From a virus (lineage: Duplodnaviria > Heunggongvirae > Uroviricota > Caudoviricetes), in IMG/VR virus record IMGVR_UViG_2778261572_000003, positions 1-4,395 of that record: a stretch of 4,395 bases of DNA, one strand, 5' to 3'. Below, in pieces: positions 1-4,395 of the stretch. Under the pieces are notes generated by a model that was not told the DNA's origin, did not search any database, and worked only from the letters and a program-made list of their open reading frames with translations. The translations under genes and the position numbers were made by a program. Within the stretch, counting starts at the first letter, position 1. Each line of letters begins with the position of its first letter.

Positions 1-16
1 CCTCGTTGGTTAGCTA

Positions 17-235
17 TTAACGTGGGTATGTAATCATTCTGGCAATGCTTAATGCCGCTGCTTTTTCCAGCCTGGTGATATCCTGCTCCAGAGCGGACAG
101 ATTTTCAGCCTGCTTAGCCCTGGCTTCATTGGCCCATTTCAGATCCTGCGCTGCATTAATTTTCTGGCGCATCCACTCATAAAGTTCATCATCGGTATAG
201 TCTGGCGCGATGATGACGGGTTCTCGTTTCTGCAT
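17..235 (-). CDS. Hypothetical small early-left protein, 72 aa, predicted coiled-coil or helical
   Basis: Complete ORF with ATG at 233-235 and TAA at 17-19 on the minus strand. A consensus SD (AAGGAG, read from the complement of 241-246) sits 5 nt upstream of the ATG. The protein is charged and helical (DELYEWMRQKINAAQDLKWANEARAKQAENLSALEQDITRLEKAA). The opposite strand in the same register translates to implausible hydrophobic sequence with a stop. Confidence 0.7.
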   Translation of the reverse strand: MQKREPVIIAPDYTDDELYEWMRQKINAAQDLKWANEARAKQAENLSALEQDITRLEKAAALSIARMITYPR

Positions 236-246
236 GTCGGCTCCTT

Positions 247-274
247 GTGGTTAGCGTTGCCTGCTTTTAACCAC
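247..274. repeat. Inverted repeat GTGGTTA-N14-TAACCAC directly upstream of the SD of the 17..235 gene
   Basis: Arms at 247-253 and 268-274 are perfect reverse complements. The 14-nt spacer is long for a terminator hairpin and there is no U-run, so a protein-binding site or mRNA leader structure is more likely. Confidence 0.3.
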
Positions 275-306
275 GTCAGGCGAGGTGGTATCCTCTGAGG
301 GGTCTG

Positions 307-663
307 TTACTCGAGAGGAAATTGGTTATGGATACAATCAAGTTTTCTTGCCCAGAATGTGGTGGCGAAGTCTTTGACACATCCTTTAAGCCGCAGGGCT
401 CTGACAGTTTCGCGGGAGCCATCTGCAAAAATTGTGGTCACCTTGTAACTGAAGATTAGTCCTCGCAGTTCGATGACGAAATCGTTGACAATATCTTCGG
501 TGCACTCACCAGAGACTTTCTGAAATAAAGACGCATACCGCTTAGTTACCGCTCTGATAACTCTTACCTGTCCGGCAATGGCGCTGATGTCAATATAAAG
601 CGCCATTGCTGCTTCTTTGCCGATCCCGTGATGCCTTCCATTCTGATGTTTGACTTCGCCCAC
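307..663 (-). CDS. Hypothetical protein, 118 aa from GTG 661-663 (alternative ATG at 604-606 gives 99 aa); coding status uncertain
   Basis: Only long ORF in 300-800. GTG start is preceded by GAGG 8 nt upstream. It lies downstream of a candidate repressor-controlled leftward promoter at 746-774. Against it: 8 of its 10 Arg codons are rare (AGA/AGG/CGG/CGA), and its C-terminal third is exactly antisense, in codon register, to a zinc-ribbon ORF on the plus strand. The neighbouring 17..235 gene also uses rare Arg codons, so codon usage is not decisive. Confidence 0.4.
   Translation of the reverse strand: MGEVKHQNGRHHGIGKEAAMALYIDISAIAGQVRVIRAVTKRYASLFQKVSGECTEDIVNDFVIELRGLIFSYKVTTIFADGSRETVRALRLKGCVKDFATTFWARKLDCIHNQFPLE
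328..459 (+). CDS. Candidate small zinc-ribbon protein, 43 aa (MDTIKFSCPECGGEVFDTSFKPQGSDSFAGAICKNCGHLVTED), nested antisense in the 307..663 ORF
   Basis: ATG at 328 with GAGAGGAA (313-320) upstream, TAG at 457-459. Two CxxC knuckles (C8/C11 and C33/C36) are spaced as in a zinc ribbon. Codon choice is E. coli-like (GAA, GGT, GGC, CCG, CAG, ATC, AAA). No convincing sigma70 promoter was found in 236-327, and it lies inside a putative leftward operon, so it remains a candidate only. Confidence 0.3.
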   Translation: MDTIKFSCPECGGEVFDTSFKPQGSDSFAGAICKNCGHLVTED

Positions 664-745
664 TGAGAAATCCTCTGTTTCCCCTTAACGCCGGGGTGGC
701 GGAACTTTAGCCTGACAACGATGCGGTTCGTTGTTGATGGAATGA

Positions 746-797
746 ATGGTAAAACTATTGGTTTTATTGGTCAATAGGTAATGGAACATAAAGTTTT
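746..797 (-). promoter_or_regulatory. Putative repressor-controlled leftward (pL-like) promoter with two operator copies
   Basis: On the minus strand: -35 TTGACC (complement of 769-774), 17-nt spacer, -10 TACCAT (complement of 746-751). The spacer contains AAAACTATTGGTTTT (751-765), 14/15 identical to the operator at 1293-1307. A second, weaker AAC-N5-GTTTT site is at 785-797. Tandem TATTGGT repeats sit at 755-761 and 764-770. Confidence 0.45.
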
Positions 798-809
798 ATT
801 TGTGAGGAT

Positions 810-837
810 AAAAAAAGCGCCAAGGAGGCGCTTTTTT
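810..837. terminator. Bidirectional rho-independent terminator ending the repressor transcript
   Basis: A7 (810-816), stem GCGCC (817-821), loop AAGGA, stem GGCGC (827-831), T6 (832-837). It starts 9 nt beyond the repressor stop (846-848). The perfect symmetry makes it usable on both strands. Confidence 0.8.
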
Positions 838-845
838 CATGTAAC

Positions 846-1256
846 TTATTGTTTTTGAATATCATTGATTATGTCGTATACATCGTTTTTTAGAAGATCC
901 ATTTCATGAAGAATGCTTTTTGTGTGCATGATTAGTCTCAGCTTTTCCGTTTCTGGCAACTGATTAAAAAGGGACAATAGCGCCTTTTCTTTGTCGTCAA
1001 GCTGGATTAGTGGTGGTGCATCTTCTTCCTTTGAATGTTCATTTAGCGGCATAAAAAACCAATGTTCTGGTTTTCCTGTTACTGCGGCAAGTCTTTTTAA
1101 TCTTTCTCCGCTGGCAATGGTTTCTCCTGTTGCCCACTTACGCACAGCGGTATGGGACAGCATAACCTTTTTAGCCAGACCGGCTAACGACCAGCCATGT
1201 TCGCTCATTGCTTGCCGAACTCTCTCAGCAAATATTGGATGGTTTATTTTACTCAT
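846..1256 (-). CDS. Prophage repressor, XRE-family HTH, DicA/RacR-like short type without a peptidase S24 domain
   Basis: 136 aa. An HTH is visible at about residues 22-42 (SLAGLAKKVMLSHTAVRKWATGE). The C-terminal segment LLSLFNQLPETEKL resembles the DicA-type C-terminus as I recall it. It faces the Cro-like gene across an operator-rich intergenic region. There is no SD, and a TATACT -10 lies about 7 nt upstream of the ATG, consistent with a leaderless mRNA. Confidence 0.85.
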   Translation of the reverse strand: MSKINHPIFAERVRQAMSEHGWSLAGLAKKVMLSHTAVRKWATGETIASGERLKRLAAVTGKPEHWFFMPLNEHSKEEDAPPLIQLDDKEKALLSLFNQLPETEKLRLIMHTKSILHEMDLLKNDVYDIINDIQKQ

Positions 1257-1368
1257 TTTTTAAGTATACAACCAAAGGTTTCACCAATCAGCAAAACTAT
1301 AGGTTTTGTGTTGAAACTTATAGTTTTTGATGGTAGCGTAGGTGAAATTAATAGTACTGGTGGAAAGT
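1257..1368. promoter_or_regulatory. Divergent promoter/operator region (pRM-like leftward, pR-like rightward) with three related operator sites
   Basis: Operators of form AAAAC-N5-GTTTT: AAAACTATAGGTTTT (1293-1307), AAACTTATAGTTTTT (1314-1328), and a degenerate copy ACAACCAAAGGTTTC (1268-1282, 11/15). Centres are 21-25 bp apart. Rightward candidate: -35 TTGAAA (1311-1316), 17-bp spacer, extended -10 TGgTAGCGT (1331-1339). Leftward candidate: -10 TATACT (complement of 1263-1268) with a weak -35. Confidence 0.65.
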
Positions 1369-1644
1369 ATGAGTAATCAAATTCACGATAAGATCTCTAA
1401 AAAAATGTCGAAAACTGACATTGGCAAACACTTTGGCATTAGCTCCCAGGCCGTAGGCAAGTGGTTCATTAAAGGCAAGGTTCCTGCTGAACGCGTGTCG
1501 TCACTCTGTGCATTACTGAATTGGGAAATTACTCCCCACGAACTTCGCCCTGACATTTATCCCAACCCAACAGATGGACTACCTTGTGGAAATAAGTGTA
1601 TGTCGAATGAATCACTGGCGGTGAACAATGATATTCACTCCTGA
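1369..1644 (+). CDS. Cro-like / YdaS-family HTH protein, 91 aa from ATG 1369
   Basis: HTH (IGKHFGISSQAVGKWF) followed by the HELRPD motif I associate with the YdaS/Cro-like family. ATG 1369 is preceded by GGTGG (1359-1363). The ORF-track start at 1342 (GTG) lies upstream of the predicted transcription start, so 1369 is preferred. An ATG at 1405 is also possible but has no SD. Stop TGA at 1642-1644 overlaps the next gene. Confidence 0.75.
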   Translation: MSNQIHDKISKKMSKTDIGKHFGISSQAVGKWFIKGKVPAERVSSLCALLNWEITPHELRPDIYPNPTDGLPCGNKCMSNESLAVNNDIHS

Positions 1645-2149
1645 GCAGGCTCGCGAGGCTCTGGATGCCTGGGTATGCCGACCAGGAATGACGCAGGAGC
1701 AGGCGACGATATTAATCACGGAAGCATTCTGGGCTCTGAAAGAACGCCCGAACATCGATGTTCAACGCGTCACGTTTGATGATGGCGCGGTTGATCAACG
1801 GGCGCTGGGCGTTAACCGGGTGAAGATATTCGAACGCTGGAAAGCGATCGACACCAGGGATAAGCGGGAAAAATTCACGGCGTTGATTCCGGCAATCATG
1901 GAGGCTATCCGGATAAGTGATTTCAGGTTGTATTGTGAAATTACTGATGGAAAAAGCATTACGTACATGCTCGCCGGGTTAAATAAAGAATATGGCGATG
2001 TGGTGGAGTCCGGTCTGCTTTTGGCAGATCCCGCTGTTGTGGAGCGCGAGACTGACGAGCTTATAGAAAAAGCTATTGCTTTCAAGCATGCGTATCGTCA
2101 GCAATATCAACAAAAAGCCGGATGGAATTATGAGTCTTCTTTTTGCTGA
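1628..2149 (+). CDS. YdaT-family protein (CII-position regulator; annotated in databases as putative toxin YdaT), 173 aa
   Basis: Sits second in the rightward operon with a 17-nt overlap onto the Cro-like gene. The segment KIFERWKAIDTRDKREKFTALIPAIMEAI matches my recollection of the conserved YdaT core. The family call is from memory, not a search. Confidence 0.7.
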   Translation: MIFTPEQAREALDAWVCRPGMTQEQATILITEAFWALKERPNIDVQRVTFDDGAVDQRALGVNRVKIFERWKAIDTRDKREKFTALIPAIMEAIRISDFRLYCEITDGKSITYMLAGLNKEYGDVVESGLLLADPAVVERETDELIEKAIAFKHAYRQQYQQKAGWNYESSFC

Positions 2150-3095
2150 ACGCCCACTGGTTATTAACACGCAGCTGGCGATGAAAATTGGTCTGAACGA
2201 AGCCATCGTGTTGCAGCAGCTGCATTACTGGTTGAGAGATACCGGTTCCGGCATGGAATGTGATGGTGTTCGCTGGATTTATAATACAACAGAACAATGG
2301 CTGGAACAGTTCCCGTTCTGGTCAGAGTCAACGTTAAAACGCGCATTTGCAAGTCTGAAAGCGCTGGGGCTTTTGCGTTGCGAAAAGCTCAACAAATCAA
2401 AGCGTGACATGACTAATTTTTACACGATTAATTACGAGAGCGAGCTTTTAGATGGTGGCAAAGTGAGCGAATCCATCAGGTCAAAATGCGCCGCTCCATC
2501 AGGTCAAAATGACACGATGGAAGAGGCCAAAATGACACGCTCCATTGGTTCAAAACGACACAATGTCATCGGGTCAAAATGGCCTGATGATCTTACAGAG
2601 AATACAACAGAGATTACTACAGAGAATAAAAACACTTCTCGTCCGGAAGCTTCGCAACCGGACATGCAGACGGCTGAACAGGATTTTTTAAACCGACACC
2701 CTGACGCGGTTGTGTTCAGTGCGAAAAAACGCCAGTGGGGCAGCCAGGAAGATTTAGCGTGTGCGCAGTGGATCTGGGGACGAATCGTGAGTCTTTACGA
2801 GCAGGCTGCCAGCGATGATGGCGAAATCATGCGACCGAAAGAACCCAACTGGACTGCATGGGCCAATGATGTGCGCACAATGCGGATGCTGGATGGCAGA
2901 ACTCACAGACAAATTTGCGAAATGTTTGGTCGGGTACAGCGGGATCCATTCTGGGTAAAAAACGTCATGAGCCCGTCAAAGCTTCGCGAAAAATGGGATG
3001 AGCTGGTTATTCGTCTGGGGCGTTCACCTGTACAGCGTTGCGTGAATCACATTTCTGAACCGGACACCGAAATTCCGCCGGGATTCAGGGGGTAA
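2130..3095 (+). CDS. Replication initiation protein, lambda O-like / YdaU-position, 321 aa from ATG 2130
   Basis: The ORF opens at 2076, but 2130 is the first ATG that minimises overlap with the upstream gene, giving a 20-nt overlap. The N-terminal domain looks like a winged-helix DNA binder. The gene contains five 23-bp iterons and an adjacent AT-rich repeat block, as lambda ori sits within O. It is immediately followed by a DnaC-like loader. Confidence 0.8.
   Translation: MSLLFAERPLVINTQLAMKIGLNEAIVLQQLHYWLRDTGSGMECDGVRWIYNTTEQWLEQFPFWSESTLKRAFASLKALGLLRCEKLNKSKRDMTNFYTINYESELLDGGKVSESIRSKCAAPSGQNDTMEEAKMTRSIGSKRHNVIGSKWPDDLTENTTEITTENKNTSRPEASQPDMQTAEQDFLNRHPDAVVFSAKKRQWGSQEDLACAQWIWGRIVSLYEQAASDDGEIMRPKEPNWTAWANDVRTMRMLDGRTHRQICEMFGRVQRDPFWVKNVMSPSKLREKWDELVIRLGRSPVQRCVNHISEPDTEIPPGFRG
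2472..2584. repeat. Five direct iterons (23-bp period), putative prophage replication origin inside the initiator gene
   Basis: TCCATCAGGTCAAAATG occurs exactly at 2472-2488 and 2495-2511. Related copies have cores GGCCAAAATGACACG (2525-2539), GGTTCAAAACGACAC (2547-2561) and GGTCAAAATGG (2572-2582). Core starts are 2479, 2502, 2525, 2547/2548 and 2572. Confidence 0.8.
2594..2633. repeat. AT-rich block with three 12-bp tandem repeats (ACAGAGA core), candidate DNA-unwinding element next to the iterons
   Basis: The ACAGAGA core recurs at 2595-2601, 2607-2613 and 2619-2625 with a 12-bp period, in an AT-rich stretch immediately downstream of the iterons. It encodes the repetitive peptide LTENTTEITTENKN. 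Confidence 0.5.
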
Positions 3096-3101
3096 CGAAG
3101 C

Positions 3102-3848
3102 ATGAAAAATATTGCGACAGGCGGTGTTCTTGAACGCATCCGTAAGCTGGCTCCGCAGCATGTAACCGCGCCATACCGAACAGTGGACGAGTGGCGCGAG
3201 TGGCAACTTGCAGAAGGCCAGAAGCGTTGCGAGGAGATCAACCGCCAGAATCGTCAGTTGCGGGTGGAAAAAATTCTGAATCGCTCCGGCATCCAGCCGT
3301 TGCACCGCAAGTGCTCGTTTGCGAATTACCAGGTGCAGAATGACGGCCAGCGATACGCGTTGAGCCAGGCGAAATCCATCGCCGATGAACTGATGACCGG
3401 ATGCACAAATTTCGCATTCAGCGGAAAACCTGGTACCGGGAAAAACCACTTAGCGGCGGCTATCGGAAATCGCCTGCTGAAAGATGGCCAGACAGTGATT
3501 GTGGTTACCGTGGCTGATGTTATGAGTGCTCTACACGCCAGCTATGACGACGGGCAATCAGGCGAAAAATTTTTGCGGGAACTGTGCGAAGTGGATCTGC
3601 TGATTCTTGATGAAATTGGCATTCAGCGCGAGACGAAAAACGAGCAGGTGGTACTGCACCAGATTGTTGATCGCCGGACAGCGTCGATGCGCAGCGTGGG
3701 AATGCTGACAAACCTGAACTATGAGGCCATGAAAACGCTGCTCGGCGAGCGGATTATGGATCGCATGACCATGAACGGCGGGCGATGGGTGAGTTTTAAC
3801 TGGGAGAGCTGGCGTTCAAATGTCGGCTATTTGAGGGTTGTTAAGTAA
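3102..3848 (+). CDS. DnaC-family replicative helicase loader (AAA+ ATPase), prophage copy, 248 aa
   Basis: Walker A GKPGTGKN at 3423-3446 and Walker B DLLILDEIG. Similarity to host DnaC, as I recall its sequence, runs along the whole length (MKN..., NRSGIQPLH, CSFANY, FSGKPGTGKNHLAAAI, VDRR, GMLTN, LLGERIMDRM, FNW). SD GGGGG at 3087-3091. Start is 7 nt after the initiator stop. Confidence 0.93.
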   Translation: MKNIATGGVLERIRKLAPQHVTAPYRTVDEWREWQLAEGQKRCEEINRQNRQLRVEKILNRSGIQPLHRKCSFANYQVQNDGQRYALSQAKSIADELMTGCTNFAFSGKPGTGKNHLAAAIGNRLLKDGQTVIVVTVADVMSALHASYDDGQSGEKFLRELCEVDLLILDEIGIQRETKNEQVVLHQIVDRRTASMRSVGMLTNLNYEAMKTLLGERIMDRMTMNGGRWVSFNWESWRSNVGYLRVVK

Positions 3849-3862
3849 TTTCATGAGGGCTT

Positions 3863-4258
3863 ATGGCAAAACCTTTTACACCCGAACAGCGGGAAGAGCT
3901 GAAGGCACGAATTATCGGGTTGGTACGCAAAAATGGACGCATGACGATGTCGCAACTGGAGAGAGCGACGGGAGCTGGCTGGCATTCGGTCCGACGCTGC
4001 CTTGTGGATGTACTGGCTTGTGGTGATTTATACATGTCCGGGGAATACGGTGTTTTTGCATCAGAGCAGGCGTATCGTGAATGGCGTAAGACACCGGAGA
4101 AAACAACTGACCAGACACTGATTCGAAAGTTACCAGACGGAGAAATACGCCGCTACGACAGACACCTGAACATAATTTGCCGTGAGTGCCGGAAGAGTGA
4201 AGTTATGCAGCGAGTGCTGGCGTTCTATCAGGGAGATTTTCAGGAGGTGATGGAGTGA
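3863..4258 (+). CDS. Hypothetical protein, 131 aa, with a possible N-terminal winged-helix-like segment
   Basis: ATG 3863 with AGGG 4 nt upstream. Same strand and tight spacing after the DnaC-like gene. Residues 10-55 (ELKARIIGLVRKNGRMTMSQLERATGAGWHSVRRCLVDVL) look like a wHTH. One CxxC at the C-terminus. No family recognised. Confidence 0.65.
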   Translation: MAKPFTPEQREELKARIIGLVRKNGRMTMSQLERATGAGWHSVRRCLVDVLACGDLYMSGEYGVFASEQAYREWRKTPEKTTDQTLIRKLPDGEIRRYDRHLNIICRECRKSEVMQRVLAFYQGDFQEVME

Positions 4259-4395
4259 GGGTGAGGGTTTATATCGCCGGTCCGATGACCGGGTATAAAA
4301 ATTTCAACCGTGAGGCGTTCCACAAGGCGGAAGAGGAACCGAAACGGGAAGGGCATACAGTCTTAAACCCGGCAGTACTTCCGGACGGACTGACA
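4255..4395 (+). CDS. DUF4406-like (nucleoside 2-deoxyribosyltransferase-like) protein, N-terminal fragment; 3' end beyond window
   Basis: GTG 4255 overlaps the upstream TGA (GTGA at 4255-4258), with AGGAGG at 4242-4247. Translation VRVRVYIAGPMTGYKNFNREAFHKAEEEPKREGHTVLNP matches the YIAGPMTG...NF...F...G..V.NP N-terminal signature I associate with DUF4406. The frame stays open to the window end. The ORF track misses it because no stop is present. Confidence 0.55.
   Translation, partial: MRVRVYIAGPMTGYKNFNREAFHKAEEEPKREGHTVLNPAVLPDGLT

Larger units (their letters stand above)
1..4395. mobile_element. Lambdoid (Rac-type) prophage immunity and replication module, partial; continues beyond both window edges
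   Basis: Gene order is repressor (minus), divergent operators, Cro-like, CII/YdaT-like, O-like initiator with internal iterons, DnaC-like loader. All rightward genes overlap or abut. This is the canonical lambdoid early-right layout. Confidence 0.8.

Noticed and set aside
460-666. Plus-strand continuation of the zinc-ribbon frame as a single longer gene or pseudogene
   Set aside because: Two in-frame stops (457-459 and 526-528) break it, and the downstream translation is not clearly protein-like. Kept as a note under the first finding rather than called as a feature.
664-738. Possible nut-like boxA/boxB antitermination site in the leftward leader
   Set aside because: Only a 4-bp CCCC/GGGG stem with an 8-nt loop is present, with no boxA-like sequence and no N-like arginine-rich protein in the window.
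1054-1074. Inverted repeat AAAACC-N8-GGTTTT inside the repressor gene, resembling the operator half-sites
   Set aside because: The spacer is 8 rather than 5 and it lies within coding sequence. Most likely a chance match from AT-rich codons. Not excluded as an internal site.
991-1263. 90-aa plus-strand ORF
   Set aside because: It is entirely antisense to the well-supported repressor gene, has no SD, and its translation is low-complexity and Ser-rich. Shadow ORF.
1342-1368. GTG 1342 as the Cro-like start, as given in the ORF track
   Set aside because: It overlaps the predicted extended -10 and transcription start of the rightward promoter and adds a hydrophobic, non-conserved N-terminal extension. 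ATG 1369 with GGTGG upstream is preferred. Still uncertain.
2076-2129. ATG 2076 as the initiator start, as given in the ORF track
   Set aside because: It would overlap the YdaT-like gene by 74 nt. ATG 2130 gives the 20-nt overlap typical of coupled genes and begins the recognisable N-terminal domain.
1795-2352. Four minus-strand ORFs (1795..2085, 1979..2206, 2082..2297, 2164..2352)
   Set aside because: All are antisense to the YdaT-like and initiator genes, which are supported by operon context. No SDs and implausible translations.
2472-2584. Possible CRISPR array, given regular direct repeats
   Set aside because: The repeats are 17-23 bp with essentially no unique spacers between them. They lie inside an intact ORF and show iteron-like degeneracy, so a replication origin fits better.
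3024-3711. Minus-strand ORFs 3024..3449, 3047..3241 and 3520..3711
   Set aside because: Antisense to the DnaC-like gene, whose identity is secure from Walker motifs and full-length similarity. Arg/Ser/Cys-rich shadow frames.
3838-4118. ORFs 3838..4026 (+), 3841..4035 (-) and 3912..4118 (-)
   Set aside because: They overlap the 131-aa gene at 3863..4258 in other frames or antisense. None has a start context as good as ATG 3863.

Overview
The window looks like the immunity/replication core of a lambdoid, Rac-type prophage from an enterobacterium (about 50% GC, E. coli-like codon usage). Nothing was searched against a database; all calls rest on reading the sequence and on recalled family features. 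From left to right: two small leftward ORFs (17..235 and 307..663, minus strand), a symmetric bidirectional intrinsic terminator (810..837), a short XRE-family HTH repressor (846..1256, minus), a divergent promoter/operator region (1257..1368), then a tightly coupled rightward operon of a Cro/YdaS-like HTH protein (1369..1644), a YdaT/CII-like protein (1628..2149), an O-like replication initiator (2130..3095) carrying five 23-bp iterons inside its coding sequence, a DnaC-family helicase loader (3102..3848), an unknown 131-aa protein (3863..4258) and the 5' end of a DUF4406-like gene (4255..end). No new multi-gene system is demonstrable here. The most unusual locus is 307..663, where a 43-aa CxxC...CxxC zinc-ribbon ORF on the plus strand lies codon-for-codon antisense inside the 118-aa minus-strand ORF, and the two cannot be told apart from sequence alone. 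A 15-bp operator motif from the repressor/cro intergenic region recurs 14/15 identical about 540 bp away, just beyond the repressor terminator, suggesting a repressor-controlled leftward promoter.
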